A DNA stretch of 62,812 nucleotides, filler included, from Chiloscyllium plagiosum (lineage: Eukaryota), in NCBI RefSeq assembly GCF_004010195.1. It is 6 parts of one record of this genome, joined end to end, with 100 filler letters (N's around TTAATTAATTAA, not from the genome) between each part and the next. Parts side by side here need not be neighbours in the genome. Positions count along the whole stretch, not along the records: positions 23,070 to 33,623 come from NC_057712.1; positions 33,724 to 41,685 come from NC_057712.1; 4 more parts are not named here. One strand, given 5' to 3'. Of this stretch, positions 24,612 through 36,849 are shown one piece after another. A model generated the notes under the pieces. It worked only from the letters and a program-made list of their open reading frames with translations, was not told where the DNA came from and searched no databases. The position numbers and the translations under genes were made by a program. Within the stretch, counting starts at the first letter, position 1. Every line of letters starts with the position of its first letter.

Positions 24612-25420
24612 TTTGTCATTTATATAAATGATTTGGATGCGAGCATAAGAGGTACAGTTAGTAAGTTTGCAGATGACACCAAAATTGGAGGTGTAGTGGA
24701 CAGCGAGGAAGGTTACCTCAGACTACACCAGGATCTGGACCAGATGGGCCAATGGGCTGAGAAGTGGCAGATGGAGCTTAATTCAGATAAATGCGAGGTG
24801 CTGCATTTTGGGAAAGCAAATCTTAGCAGGACTTAAACACTTAATGGTTAGGTCCTAGGGAGTGTTGCTGAACAAAAAGACCTTCGAGTGCAGGTTCATA
24901 GCTCCTTGAAAGTAGAGTCGCAGGTAGATAGGGTAGCGAAGGCAATTGGTAAGCTTTCCTTTATTGGTCAGAGTATTGAGTACAGGAGTTGGTAGGTCAT
25001 GTTGCGGCTATATAGGACATTGGTTAGCCACTGTTGGAATATTGCATGAAGTTCTGGTCTCCTTCCTATCGGAAAGATGTTGTGAAACTTGAAAGGGTTC
25101 AGAAAAGATTTACAAGGATGTTGCCAGGTTGGAGGATTTGAGCTATAGGGAGAGGCTGAACAGGCTGGGGCTGTTTTCCCTGGAGCATTGGAGGCTGAGG
25201 GGGTGACCTTATAGAGTTTTATGAAATCATGAGTGGCATGGATAGGATAAATAGACAAAGTCTTTTCCCTGGGGTGGGTGGGGTGAGGGTCCAGAATTGG
25301 AGGGCATAGGTTTAGGATGAGAGGGGAAAGATATAAAAGGGACCTACAGGGCAACTTTTTAACACAGAGGGTGGTACATGTGTGGAATGAGCTGCCAGAG
25401 GATGTGGTGGAGGCTGGTAC
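24612..25420 (+). mobile_element. CR1 LINE ORF2 3' fragment
   Basis: TVSKFADDTKIGGVVDSEEGYLRL...WAEKWQMELNSDKCEVLHFG. Confidence 0.92.
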
Positions 25421-26020
25421 CTTCCAGTTGTTTACCACTTCAACATATGACTGTATTCCCTGCTGTTTTAGGCTTGCTGCAGTGCTCCAGCAAAGTTTAG
25501 CACAAGTTAGAAGAAGAGCATCTCATTTCTGCTCAGGGAACTTGAAGTCTTCAGGACTCAACATCAAGTTCAATAATCTGAGAATCTAACACCTTCTTAT
25601 CTGTCGTTTACACACTTCAGGCCCTGTCATAACATGGACAGCTTTAAGCACAGCCTGTCCTTTTTCACCTACTTATGGCCCTGTTATCAGCTTATCTTTC
25701 TCCTGACCATGCGATTATTCATCACTTTGTCTCCCTAACTGTTGGTTTTTTTCTCTCTCTCTCTGGATTTGATCTCTGTCTATCCACTCAATCCTTCCCC
25801 ATTCCACCTACACCACTCTAATGACACACCCCACCCCACCACCTGTATTCAGCAATATATACCACCTTTTCCTAGCTACTATCAGCTCTAAAGAAAGGTC
25901 ATCAGAGTAGAAACATTAACTCTGTTTCTCTCTGCAGATGCTGCCAAATCTGCTGAGTTTTCCAGCAATTTCTGTTTTCGTTTCTAATTTTCAGCATCCA
26001 TAATTCTTTGTTTTATTTTA
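25420..26020 (+). mobile_element. Decayed Neptune-type PLE 3' end (family E terminus)
   Basis: LKSSGLNIKFNNLRI C-terminus, pyrimidine-rich UTR, decayed motif at about 25885-25920 followed by TCTGTTTCTCTCTGCAGATGCTGCC. Confidence 0.65.
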
Positions 26021-26149
26021 TAGAAGGGAACACAATTTTGTACAGGATAAGAAATGGGTTCCCATTGATTTGGAGATACAACAGAACTTGTTAACTGTTA
26101 ATTTTAGTTCGCTGAAAACATAGACCAGGCTGATCAACTTGATAGGTCA

Positions 26150-27400
26150 GACCTTTCAGTTGTTGGGTATGTTCGCCAAGCTGTGAACGTGGCTTGCACA
26201 TGTTTTGCCTCCTTTCTGGGTGACATCTGCAGTGCGATGGAGCCTCCTGTGAAGCTCTGCTGTACTGTGTTGGTTGGAATTTATTTGGTTTTGTTCCCAC
26301 TGCTTCCAGTTGCCCATTCCAGTTGTCCGTTGCAGTGGTCGCTATATTGGGTGTAAGTCAATGTGTTTATTGATGGAGTCCGTGGATGAGTGCCAAACTT
26401 CTCGGAATTTTCTGGCAGTTCTGTTTGGCTTGTCCTATTATTGTTAAGTTGTCCATTGTCTGTGTGCATAGATACTAAGGATGGCTGGTCGTAGCGTTCA
26501 GTAGCTAGTTGAGTGCATGAATATAGATCATTAGTTGTCTGCCGTTTGTCCTATATAGTGTTTTGTGCAGTCTCCGTATGGAATCTTGTACACGTTTGTC
26601 CTGCACATAATAGGTATTAGGTCTTTTGTTCTGTAGAGTTGTTGTCTGAACATGGCAGTCGGTTAATGTGCTGTTATAAATCTGAGTGGTCGGAGGAATC
26701 TGGCTGTTTTCGAGACATTTTTTATATAAGGTAGAGTGGTTAGTGTGTTGGGTTGTGGTATGTCCTCATTGTGTTGTTTGTCTGCCAGGCATCTGCGGAT
26801 GAAGTTATAGGATATCTGTTCTTGACAAAGACTGTGTAAAGGTGTACTACTTCTTCTCTTTGTAGGTTGGAGTGCTGTTGGGTGTTGTAGCCCTTTTGAA
26901 CAGGGTCCTAATGCAGCTTCTCTTGTGTGTGTTTGGGTGGTTGCTGTTATAATTCAGGATCTGGTCTGTGTGTATGGCTTTTCTGTACACTTTTGTTGTG
27001 CATTACCCCTTCTGTGTTCTTTCTACTATCACATTCAGGAACGGGAGTTGGTTGTTAATTTCCTCCTTTCTTGTAAATTTGATTCCTGTGGGCATGGTTG
27101 TTGATAATCCAGTGTATACTCTCATTCTCTGTTCTTTTAATTATTACAAAAGTGTTGTACGTGTATCTGATCTGGGTTGGATTTGTGGGAGGGCTGTTTG
27201 TTTTGGTCTTTGCATCACTACTTCTGCTATGAGCCCAGAGACGGGTGAGCCCATAGGTATCCCATTGATTTTTTCATATATTTGATTGCTAAATATGAAG
27301 TGTGCCATCAAGCGCAGGTCCAGTAGTTTGAGTATGCAGTCCTTGTTGATTGGCTCTGTTCTGTTTGTCCAGGAGGTTGGCTTATTGCCTCTTTCACTAA
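26150..27400 (-). mobile_element. Poseidon-type PLE, RT C-terminal half plus GIY-YIG, decayed
   Basis: Minus strand contains ATCAATGGGATACCTATGGGCTCACCCGTCTCTGGGCTCATAGCAGAA (INGIPMGSPVSGLIAE, the PLE RT GxPMGSP motif) and, downstream, sequence homologous to 1-410. Confidence 0.88.
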
Positions 27401-27803
27401 GGTTATGTCAATTGAGGCAAACAGCACCTTTGCTATGGGGAATGCAAGAAGGTTTGGCATCTCTTGAGCTCTTCCTCAATGAAAAAGGTGGTTAAATTCC
27501 TTTTGCCTGCAAACAATAGTGTGTTAATATAAGTAGCTCCTAGCATGCACAAATGAATCATATTGTCAGCCTGACTGATAATCAGAAATTGACTTGCAGT
27601 ATGATTCTTAGCGTAGTCAGGATTAATTTGTAAACTCTGTTGCATGAGACTGTCTGATTTGGTTAGCTTGCTATAACTAACCTCTTTTAGGGTTGGGATC
27701 TAGTCTAAAGAAGAGAGGCTATTACCTTAAACAAGATATAATTTATGACATGATAGCAACTAAATACAAATTATCCTGATATGGTAGACATGGTAGCAGA
27801 GAC

Positions 27804-28127
27804 TAGGTAAAAACAATGACTGCAGATGCTGGAAACCAGATTCTGGATTAGTGGTGCTGGAAGAGCACAGCAGTTCAGGCAGCATACGAGGAGCAGCAAA
27901 ATTGATGTTTCGGGCAAAAGCCCTTCATCAGGAATAAAGGCAGAGAGTCTGAAGGGTGGAGAGATAAGCTAGAGGAGGGTGGGGGTGAGGAGAAAGTAGC
28001 ATGCAGTACAATAGGTGAGTGGGGGAGGGGATGAAGGTGATAGGTCAGGGAGGAGGGTGGAGTGGATAGGTGGAAAAGAAGATAGGCAGGTAGGACAGGT
28101 CGTGGGGACAGTGCTGAGCTGGAAGTT
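27804..28127 (-). mobile_element. Family D PLE terminal insertion
   Basis: 13-bp TSD TGGTAGCAGAGAC (27791-27803, 28128-28140); motif at about 27900-27934 (-). Confidence 0.85.
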
Positions 28128-29616
28128 TGGTAGCAGAGACAATGAGGAAGAGCTGAATGGTAGGTCTCACCACTTCAATGGAAGAGTAACAGAGTTAAAA
28201 TCAAGTGATTAACCAACAATCCGCTTTAAACGCCAATTCAATTTTAAATTGGACCTTCTACCAGGTGGTTCTGTAACAATTGCATCATGTGAGAGTCTCA
28301 GCAATCTATGTAAATCAGAATTGTGATTTGACCAGACCCCAATATAATTTTGAGCGCTCATTCAGGGAGATGTCTGAAAATGATAAAATTGTTGGGCCAT
28401 GGCAAACACGACTGCCTTTCCAAACTCTACAAGATTAATGTGGGCAGTTTTCTCCTCCATATACTCAGCATCTGACCCATACCTTCCAGTTAGACCATCC
28501 ACCTCCGTAACCACTTGTGAGGAGGTCAGCTTCCTGATTTTGCATCAGTCTGGAATGTGCATTTTGCAGCTGGATTTCCATTTTGAATTGTATAGTCTGC
28601 CAAAGGAAACTTAATTAACTCATGTCCTTAAAACATTGCAGACAAGATGAATGCTTCCAGCATTATCTACTTTTAATTCAGATGTCCAAAATTTGCAGTA
28701 TTTTGCTTTGACATTATGCAGATATGCATCTTGGGAAACAACAACCTGCAATATATACAAAGATTTTAAGGTAATGAAATGTACAAAGTACTTCACAGGA
28801 GTATTAAAAAATAAAATTTGACAAGAGAAGGGGATTGCAAAGCTTAGGACCAAGTTAGCTGTTGCCGTGGCCCCCAGTGGTGGAAAGATTATGAGTAGAA
28901 CTGCTCAAACAACCTGAGGTGGAAGAATATAGGTATGTCCAAATATTGCGGTACTGAAGGTACTGAGAAAGTAAGGAGTTAGCTGCAGCAAATACTGGAG
29001 CTAAACAGATTTTAATTGCAGGAGCAACTCCTCACAGATTCTTCCATTTATGGGGGCCGCGGGAAATGATTTTTCTCTGGTTGATGTCCTCCATGACTGA
29101 TTTTCCGGGTTTTTTTGTCAGATATTGGTGCATATTCAACTGCTGCCCTGTGTATTTTGAACAGTACCTGGATTCAAACTAATTTGCACAGGCTTTAAGG
29201 AATTGTGCATGCACCCCGAACCGGACCTGAACAAGGGATGAGAGTTGATTAAGTTTTCTCCATTGAGGAAATGACTCTTTTGATGCAGTGATAGTGTGCC
29301 TGTCTCTGAGCAAGGAGGCGTAGGCTCAAGTCTCACTTGTATAGATTGATTAGAAAATATCTACTCTACTGAGAAAAATGGAAAATGTATTCAATTTATA
29401 AACATTTTCTGCTGCCAATTAAGTATATCTGCAAAAGAATGAAAGAGCAAGATGATTTATTTTTTCATCTTTCTTCCTTTTCCAACCTTGACAAAAATAC
29501 TTTGTCCAAGAACCAGTCCATTTTCAATAGCTCTGTATTGCAATGTTCAGGTATCTTATATAAAATGTATATTCTAAACGTGTGTGTAACCAATATTAAG
29601 CACAACACCGTTTCTT

Positions 29617-29928
29617 GGCACGGTGTCTTTGTGGTTAGCACTACTGCCTCACAGCGGCAAGGACCTGGGTTCGATTCCTGCCTTGGACAACTGTCTGTTT
29701 GCACATTCGCCCTGTGTCTTTGTGGGTTTCCTCCTACAGTCCAAAGATGTGTACGTTAAGTGGATTGGCTGTGGGAAATTGCCCATAGTGTTCAGGGATT
29801 AGGTGCATTAGTCAGGGGTAAATATAGAGAGTATAGGGTACAGGGAATGGATCTGGGTGGGTTATTCTTCAGAAGGTCGGTGTGGACTGGTTGAGCTGAG
29901 CAGCCTGTTTCCACAATGTGAGGATTCT
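29617..29928 (+). mobile_element. V-SINE (HE1-type shark SINE)
   Basis: tRNA-like head (GGCACGGTG...GTGGTTAGCAC; B box GGGTTCGATTCC), V-domain-like GTGGGTTTCCTCC..CAGTCCAAAGATGTG, CR1-like tail GCCTGTTTCCACA. Confidence 0.85.
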
Positions 29929-30060
29929 TTGGCACTGTTTAACATTGAAAACCAGCTCTCTTGTTAGTTCATTATTAACATTAAAATAGAGATGAAACCT
30001 GGACTTTACAAAACTTGCTCCTTGGTGTAGTGTCACGTGCTTGCCAGAATATGGAATGCT

Positions 30061-30187
30061 AGGTAAAAACAATGACTGCAGATGCTGGAAACCAGATTCT
30101 GGATTAGTGGTGCAGGAAGAGCACAGCAGTTCAGGCAGCATCCAAGGAGCTTCGAAATCGACGTTTCGGGCAAAAGCCCTTCATCAG
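30061..30187 (-). mobile_element. Family D solo PLE terminal repeat ending at the hammerhead core
   Basis: Minus strand begins CTGATGA-A-GGGC-TTTT-GCCC-GAA-ACGT-C-GATT and ends ...GCAGTCATTGTTTTTACC. Confidence 0.85.
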
Positions 30188-30479
30188 TAATAGCTGATGT
30201 CAAGTGCACTGTATTTTTCTTGCAGAGTGTAACATGAAAAAAATGTGACGTCAGTACAATATTGACAATACCTGTGTGACAAATCATTTCATGAAAACAT
30301 AAGAGCCATGTAAGTCCTTTTGATTTCTTGGAATTTAAGAATTCAAATTAATTTGAATTCAAGTTATCAGACTTAGTAATATGTTGCTGCATCTTATTTT
30401 AGTGTCATATTTTCTTCTCCTGATTTTATTTTTCAAATTTTAAATGTTATTTTAACCTCTGCCAATTATCCTGAGCCAT

Positions 30480-31750
30480 GAGACTGATAAAATGGCTGTG
30501 AATCGGTCAACGATCGAGAAATAAACTCGCTGGTAGCAAAATCTCTTGATACTGAGAACAAGAGAGTTGAAAGTGTTCATAAAATTACTTTGCGGTTCGG
30601 GCAACAACACCTATATAATGAAACACCCAACTACGTGTATTTCTATCTTTTCGAGTAATAGCTTTTTCCAAATTATAATTTTGCATTTATCAGTCTTTTG
30701 TAAATGCCACTCAACTAAGAGACTGTCAAAGTGTTATGTCGACGCAATCAGCCGCACAACGCACAATGTTAGTTTACTTTTCCATCGATGTTCAGAAACT
30801 GAACGTGTTTTTAATCTCATCATCTCATGGACCCCCTTTCTTTCCCCCTGAGCACTCCCTGGGTATTATATTGCCATGGAAACCAAAAACTCGAAAAGAA
30901 AGATTCGAACCATTCAATTCTTCTGCGTCTTCTCACACATCCCCTGTGTCCGCATGCCCACACGGAGACCAATCAGAATACAGAACCAGGCTGCAGGCTT
31001 GTTGTTGAAACTTTAGGTAGAAAAGGATTTAATGCTGTCCATGAGAGTGACTCCCCGCACACTGACTGTCCGCGGTTTCCATTCGCTCTGCTGCTGCTGG
31101 AGTGATTGTCCTTATGTTAATATTTTCATTCACCGTGGTTTCCCTCTCATTTGTAATTCTTGGATCACAAAGGCCTTTGGTGTAATGGACTATTTAATCT
31201 AAACTCAGGTTGCATTCTTGTCTTGTTGACAATTCAGCAACAAATTAGACAACATTTAGCAACCAGCACTGTTTGTAACACCTCGACTGTGTCAGTTACT
31301 GATTTATTATTGGCACATTGTATTTTTCTCAAGTCCTGCCCACTCTGCTCTAGTTTTGGAGATTTGCATAGCAATTTCACAGAGAGATTAAACTAAATTC
31401 TGCAATTTTCATGAGCAATCACAGAATTTGGAACACGGCACAAAAACGTCCTTTTGTGTAGCAAAGTGATCAAAACGCTTCTCAAGTTTTATTTAAGTTG
31501 CATTTGTTATGGCAAGGTCTCAGCAAAAAATCTTACCAAAAAAATTAAAATGTCCAAATTTATTATAAAATCTGACATTAAAATTCCCAGAATTTTTTTT
31601 CAATCTCACTCCATCAATGTCCAGCAGCGAACAAGTTCAACCACGAATGAAATTATTCCACTGTCCTTCTAAGAGGAGCTCGGCTTTTTTTCCAGTTCCC
31701 ATAACAACCCGTTGTCTTGCTGAAGAAGCTGCGACTTCATTTAATATCAA
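30480..31750. promoter_or_regulatory. Candidate promoter/regulatory region with two RFX X-box-like palindromes and a CCAAT box
   Basis: Free of recognisable repeats and locally CpG-retaining; ATTGCCATGGAAAC at 30870-30883, GACCAATCAG at 30967-30976, GTTCCCATAACAAC at 31695-31708. Confidence 0.4.
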
Positions 31751-32944
31751 TTTTGAAATCCAATACCAGTAGCAGTAGCCCAGAAAATACATTTTAAAGG
31801 TCGAATAGTAAATTTGTATTTACTTATTAAAATTACAGTTGTTTTGTCTCTGAGCAATTTTCTGCAGAACAGGGTCTCAAACAATTGGATACCATCAATT
31901 CAGTTTTGGCATTGGCATTCAGGTCTACTATTACGTTTTGGGGACATTTTCTATCTTCTTCCTCATAATTATTTCAGCTTTTGAATATTAAATAGCTCTC
32001 TTGGGTAAGCTCCAACTCTCCCACATCTTTTTGAAATATATCTGTCCTTTCTTTGAGATAGAGATAAGATTGCCAAAGCCAGATCAGATTTTGCTAAGTG
32101 CCTTTGTTACTGGAGTTATGTACTTATCCACAAACATTGGTTTCAAAGCAGCAGAGTAAATTTTGAGTTAAAAAAATTAAAATAGAGAGCATTTGTTTTA
32201 CAGTAGATGAACAAAGGTATATGATTATAAAATATAGTTGTATCTTTACACTTAATCTCCTGTTGGATTGTCAAAACAATTGTGAATTTAGCAGCAACCA
32301 GTAAAATTGACTCTAAAACTTGACTAGGAAGGTTAATGTGCAAGAATTAACATTAAATTAAATGAAAGGAAAATACTGCAGATGTTGGAAATCTGTAATA
32401 CAAACAGGTAGTGATGGAGAAACTCAGTACGTCTGGCAGCATTTACCTCGAGAGAAACTGATTTAACATTCCAAATCATTTCGGATTCCACTGATGGTGC
32501 CAGACCTGATAGTTTCTCCAGTGCTTTCTGTTTTTATTTTACATTAATTTATGATGGCTTCAGATTTTGATGTTTTAAAGTTGGGTGGAATTTTTAATGA
32601 GGAAATCAAAACAAATATTGAAGGCAAAGTTAAAAACCAAATTAAAATGCAATTGCCATTTGCTTGTTACAATATGTAACTATAATTTATGTCCAGCAAT
32701 AAAACAGAGCCAGTAAAAGAGAATGGTTTCACCAACCGCATCAGTAAAAGAAACAAATTGCAAATTACTATGTCAGTCAGTTAAAAATTTAACTTCTGAG
32801 CAGTAAGAGGAGCATCGTAGTATTTATTTTGTTGAGATATTGTTCAACGATATTTGACTATTTGTGCTCCTTATAAGTTAGGCTAATGGATGGACAGTGG
32901 TTTTCTTGATAGCGAGGAGAGAAGAAGTAAATGGGCAAGTGTTA

Positions 32945-33333
32945 CACCTTCTGTGAATGCATGGGAAGGTGCGTGAGGTGTGGGCAGGTCTTGAGAATGG
33001 AGGAGGAGTAGACCAGGGTGTCCCTGAGGGAACAGTCCCTGGTCACAATGTAGTCTCGTCTACACTGGGAAGATGAAATACAAACTGGGTTACTGGTTTG
33101 CAGAACACCTGCATTCTGACCATAAGAATGACCCTTTAGCTTCCAGTTGCATGTCATTTCAACAGACCACTATGTTTTTCTGGCCACATCAGTCTCAGGA
33201 CTGCTGCAGTGCAGGAGGAACAGTGTTTCCTGTGGATTTCAGGACTTATTGATCTCAATGATTTTAGGGCCTGAGCACCTTCCTCCATCCTCACATCCCA
33301 GGCTATGCCATTACATTGGCTGGTTTCAACACA
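32945..33333. mobile_element. Decayed Neptune-type PLE fragments in opposite orientations
   Basis: Homologous to 21960-22480 (TACACTGGGAAGATGAAA..., CCAGTTGCATGTCATTTCAAC). Confidence 0.6.
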
Positions 33334-33521
33334 GGAGAAAGTGAGGTCTGCAGATGCTGGAGATCAGAGCTGGAAATGTGTTGCTGGAAAAGTGCAGCAG
33401 GTCAGGCAGCATCCAGGGAACAGGAGAATCGACGTTTCGGGCATAAGCCCTTCTTCAGGAATTCCCCTGTTCCCTGGATGCTGCCTGACCTGCTGCGCTT
33501 TTCCAGCAACACATTTCCAGC
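33334..33521. mobile_element. Family A fold-back insertion (inverted arms enclosing the hammerhead-like motif)
   Basis: 15-bp TSD with one mismatch, GCTGG(T/C)TTCAACACA (33319-33333, 33522-33536); about 55-bp inverted arms; intact motif at 33427-33462 (-). A family D copy follows at 33540-33623. Confidence 0.88.
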
Positions 33522-33623
33522 GCTGGCTTCAACACAGCCAGGTAAAAACAATGACTGCAGATGCTGGAAACCAGATTCTGGATCAGTGGTGCAGGAAGAG
33601 CACAGCAGTTCAGGCAGCATCCA

Positions 33624-33723
33624 NNNNNNNNNNNNNNNNNNNNNNNNNNNNNNNNNNNNNNNNNNNNTTAATTAATTAANNNNNNNNNNNNNNNNNNNNN
33701 NNNNNNNNNNNNNNNNNNNNNNN
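33624..33723. other. Artificial 100-bp spacer
   Basis: 44 N + TTAATTAATTAA + 44 N. Confidence 0.97.
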
Positions 33724-34326
33724 TTTACCAGGATGTTGTCTGGTATGGTAGGAAGATCGTATGAGGAAGGGCTGAGGCACTTGGGGTTGTTTTCAATGGT
33801 GTAAAGAAGGTTTAGGGGTGACTTGATGGAGGTGTACAAGATGATTAGGGGTTTAGATAGGGTTGACAGTGAGAATCTTTTTCCACGTATGGAGTCAGCT
33901 ATTACGGGGGGGCATAGCTTTAAATTAAGGGGTGGTAGGTACAGGACAGATATTAGGGGTAGATTGTTTACTCAGCGAGTCGTGAGTTCATGGAATGCGC
34001 TGCCTGTGGGAGTGGCAGAGTCAGAATCATTGGCGAACTTTAAGTGGCAATTGGATAGGTACATGGATGGGTGCTTAAGCTAGGACAAATGTTCGGCACA
34101 ACATCGTGGGCCGAAGGGCCTGTTCTGTGCTGTATTGTTCTATGTTCTCTATGTTCAGTAGCAGTGGTGGACTCTCCCTCTTTATGGGCATTTAAACGGG
34201 CATTGGATAGGCATATGGAGGATAGTGGGCTAGTGTAGGTTAGGTGGGCTTGGATCGGCGCAACATCGAGGGCCAAAGGGCCTGTACTGCGCTGTATTTT
34301 GCTATGTTCTATGTTCTATGTTCTAT
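33724..34326 (+). mobile_element. CR1 3' end followed directly by a second CR1 3' tail
   Basis: EVYKMIRGLDRVDSENLFPR...FTQRVVSSWNALP; TTCTATG tails at about 34137-34156 and 34304-34326. Confidence 0.88.
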
Positions 34327-34559
34327 TATCTGCATTGACAAAGAACTGCACTGCACAATGTGCCCCACGTTAAAAAGTGAAGCACTAGTCTTACAGGTAG
34401 GAGAATTTTAAAGCAGTTCTGCTTTGCAAAGTAGTCTTGATTCTATTTGGAGATGTTGTAGTGAGATTTTGAGTTTGCGGACAGATGCTAAGAGGAACAG
34501 GAATCATGTCTCTACTAAGATTGCAACAATTTTGGGTTGACATGTGAGAGTTGTTGAAA

Positions 34560-36817
34560 GACCTGCTGATGAGAGTTCAGGACTGCCATGTTCCAGGAAG
34601 GAGGAAGGATACGGTTGGCAAGAAAGGGACACTTGGTAAACGAGGGAGGTTGTGAATTTGGTCAGTGGAAAAAAAGAAGCATATGTAAGGTTTAGGGAGC
34701 TAAAACCGGACAGGGCTTGTGAGGAATATAAAGAAAGCAGGACAGATCTCAAGCATGGATTTAGGAGAACAAGAAGGGCCCGTGAAATGACCTTGGCAAG
34801 TTGGATTAAAGAGAACCCCAAGGCATTCTATACATACATTAAAAACAAAAGGATAACTAGGGAGAAGGTAGGGCCATCAAGGATAAAGAGAACTTGTCTT
34901 GGAGGCACAGGATGTGAGAGAGATCCTAAATGAGTACTTTGTGTCAGTATTCACCCAGGTGAAGGATATAGAGAATAGTGAGATTTGTGTGGAGCATGCT
35001 AATATGCTAGGGTATTTTGAGATCAAGAAAGATGTGGTATTTGGTCTCTTGAAGAGTATTAGAGTGGATAAGACCCCAGGGCCTGGTGGTGTCTACCTCA
35101 GGTTATTGAAAGAGGCAAGAGAGGAGATTGCTGGGGCCTTGACCAAGATCTTTGTATCCTTGTTAGACACTGGAGAGGTCCCAGAGACTGGCAAATAGCT
35201 AATGTTGTTCCTCTGTTCAAGAAGGGAAATAGGGATAATCCAGGAAACTATAGACTGGTGAGTCTCACATCGGTGGTTGGGAAATTATTGGAGAGAATTC
35301 TTAGCAATAGGATTTATGCATATTTGGAAAAGTATGGTCTAATGAGGGACAGTTAGATTGGCTTTGTGTGGGGTAGGTCATGTCTTACTAACTTGATTGA
35401 ATTTTTCGAGGTGACGAAGGTAGTCAACATTAAAAATCACGCAACACCAGGTCACAGTCTGACATAGTACTAGCTTTCAGCTACTTGATGAAGGAGCTGC
35501 GCTCTAAAATCTATTACTTCCAAATAAACCTGTTGGACTATAACCTGCTGTTGTGTGATTTTTAACTTTGTCCACCCCAGTCCACCTCCACATCATGATG
35601 AATGTAGAGCAGTGGATGTTGTCTACGTGCATTTTAGTAAGGCTTTCAATAAGGTCCCTCATGGTAGGATCATCAAGAAGATTAAGATGCATTGGATCCA
35701 CAGTGACTTGGCCACACAGAGTTAGAATTAACTGGCCCATAGAAGGCAGAGGGTAATGGTATAAGAGGATTTTTCAGGGTGGAAGTCCGTGACTAGTGAT
35801 GTTCTGCAGAGATCCATCCTGATGTTTGTGATATATATAAACGACTTGGATGAAAATGTAGATGGGTGTGTTAGTAACTGCAGGCAATACAAAGATCAGT
35901 GGAATCATGGTTAGTGTAGAAGGTTGTCAAAGAATACAGTGGGATATAGATCATTTGCAGATATGGGCAGGAAAATGGAAGATGGAGGAATTTAATATGG
36001 GGAATTGTGAGGTGCTGCACTTTGGGAGATCAATTGTGAAGGAAAAGTATACAGTTAATGACAGGACCCTGAACAGCATTGATGTACAGAAGGATCTTGG
36101 GGTTCAAGTCCGTAATTCCCTAAAAGTGGCCACACAAGTAGATAGGGTGATAAAGAAGGCAGATGGCATGCTTTTCTTTATTGGTCGGGGAATTGAGTAC
36201 AAGAGTTAGGATGTCATATTGCAGATTTGTAAGACTGTGGTTAGGTCACACTTAAGAATATTGCATTCAATTCTGCTCACCACATTACAGGAAGGATCTG
36301 GAGGCTTTGGTAAGGGTGCAGAAGAGGTTTACCAGGATTTTGCCTGGATAAGAGTGTATGATCTATATGGAGAGGCTATAAAAACTCAGATTGCTTTCTC
36401 TGGAACAGAGAAGACTGAGGGGAGACTTGACAGACATCTATAAAATTATGAGATGCATAGATAGAGTTGACAATCAGAATCCTTTTACCAGAGGTGAAAT
36501 GTCTGATATTAGGGGGCGTGCATTTAAGGTGAGAGGAGTAAAGTTCAAAGAAGATGTGAGGGGCAAATTTTTTTTTAAACACAAAGAGTGGAATGAGTCT
36601 GGAATATGCTACCAAGGGTGGTGGTGGAAGCGGATAAGATAGGGCCATTTAAGGGACTTTTAGATAAGCACATGAATATGCAAGAAATTGAGGGATATAA
36701 AACAAGGGCAGCCAGAAGGGATTAGTTTAACTTGGCATCATGTTCAGCATGACATTCTGGGCTGGAGGGCACGTTCCTGTGCTGTACTGTTCTATGTTAT
36801 ATGTTCTATGTTCTATG
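34560..36817 (+). mobile_element. CR1 LINE, 5'-truncated and decayed, with an inverted family C insert at about 35428-35592
   Basis: IKENPKAFYTYIKNKRITRE, LNEYFVSVFTQ...DKTPGPGGVYLRLLKEAREEIAGAL, CEVLHFGR...QKDLGVQV; TTCTATG tail. Confidence 0.93.
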
Positions 36818-36849
36818 GGTCTGCAGCATGATAGGGAGAGAGAGCAGAA

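Noticed and set aside
29617..29690. tRNA genes here and at 16145 and 53005
   Set aside because: tRNA-derived SINE heads continuing into SINE bodies and LINE-like tails; no complete cloverleaf seen.
31867..32004. Plus-strand exon between ttttctgcag and gtaagc
   Set aside because: Stops in all three frames; it cannot be supported as coding.
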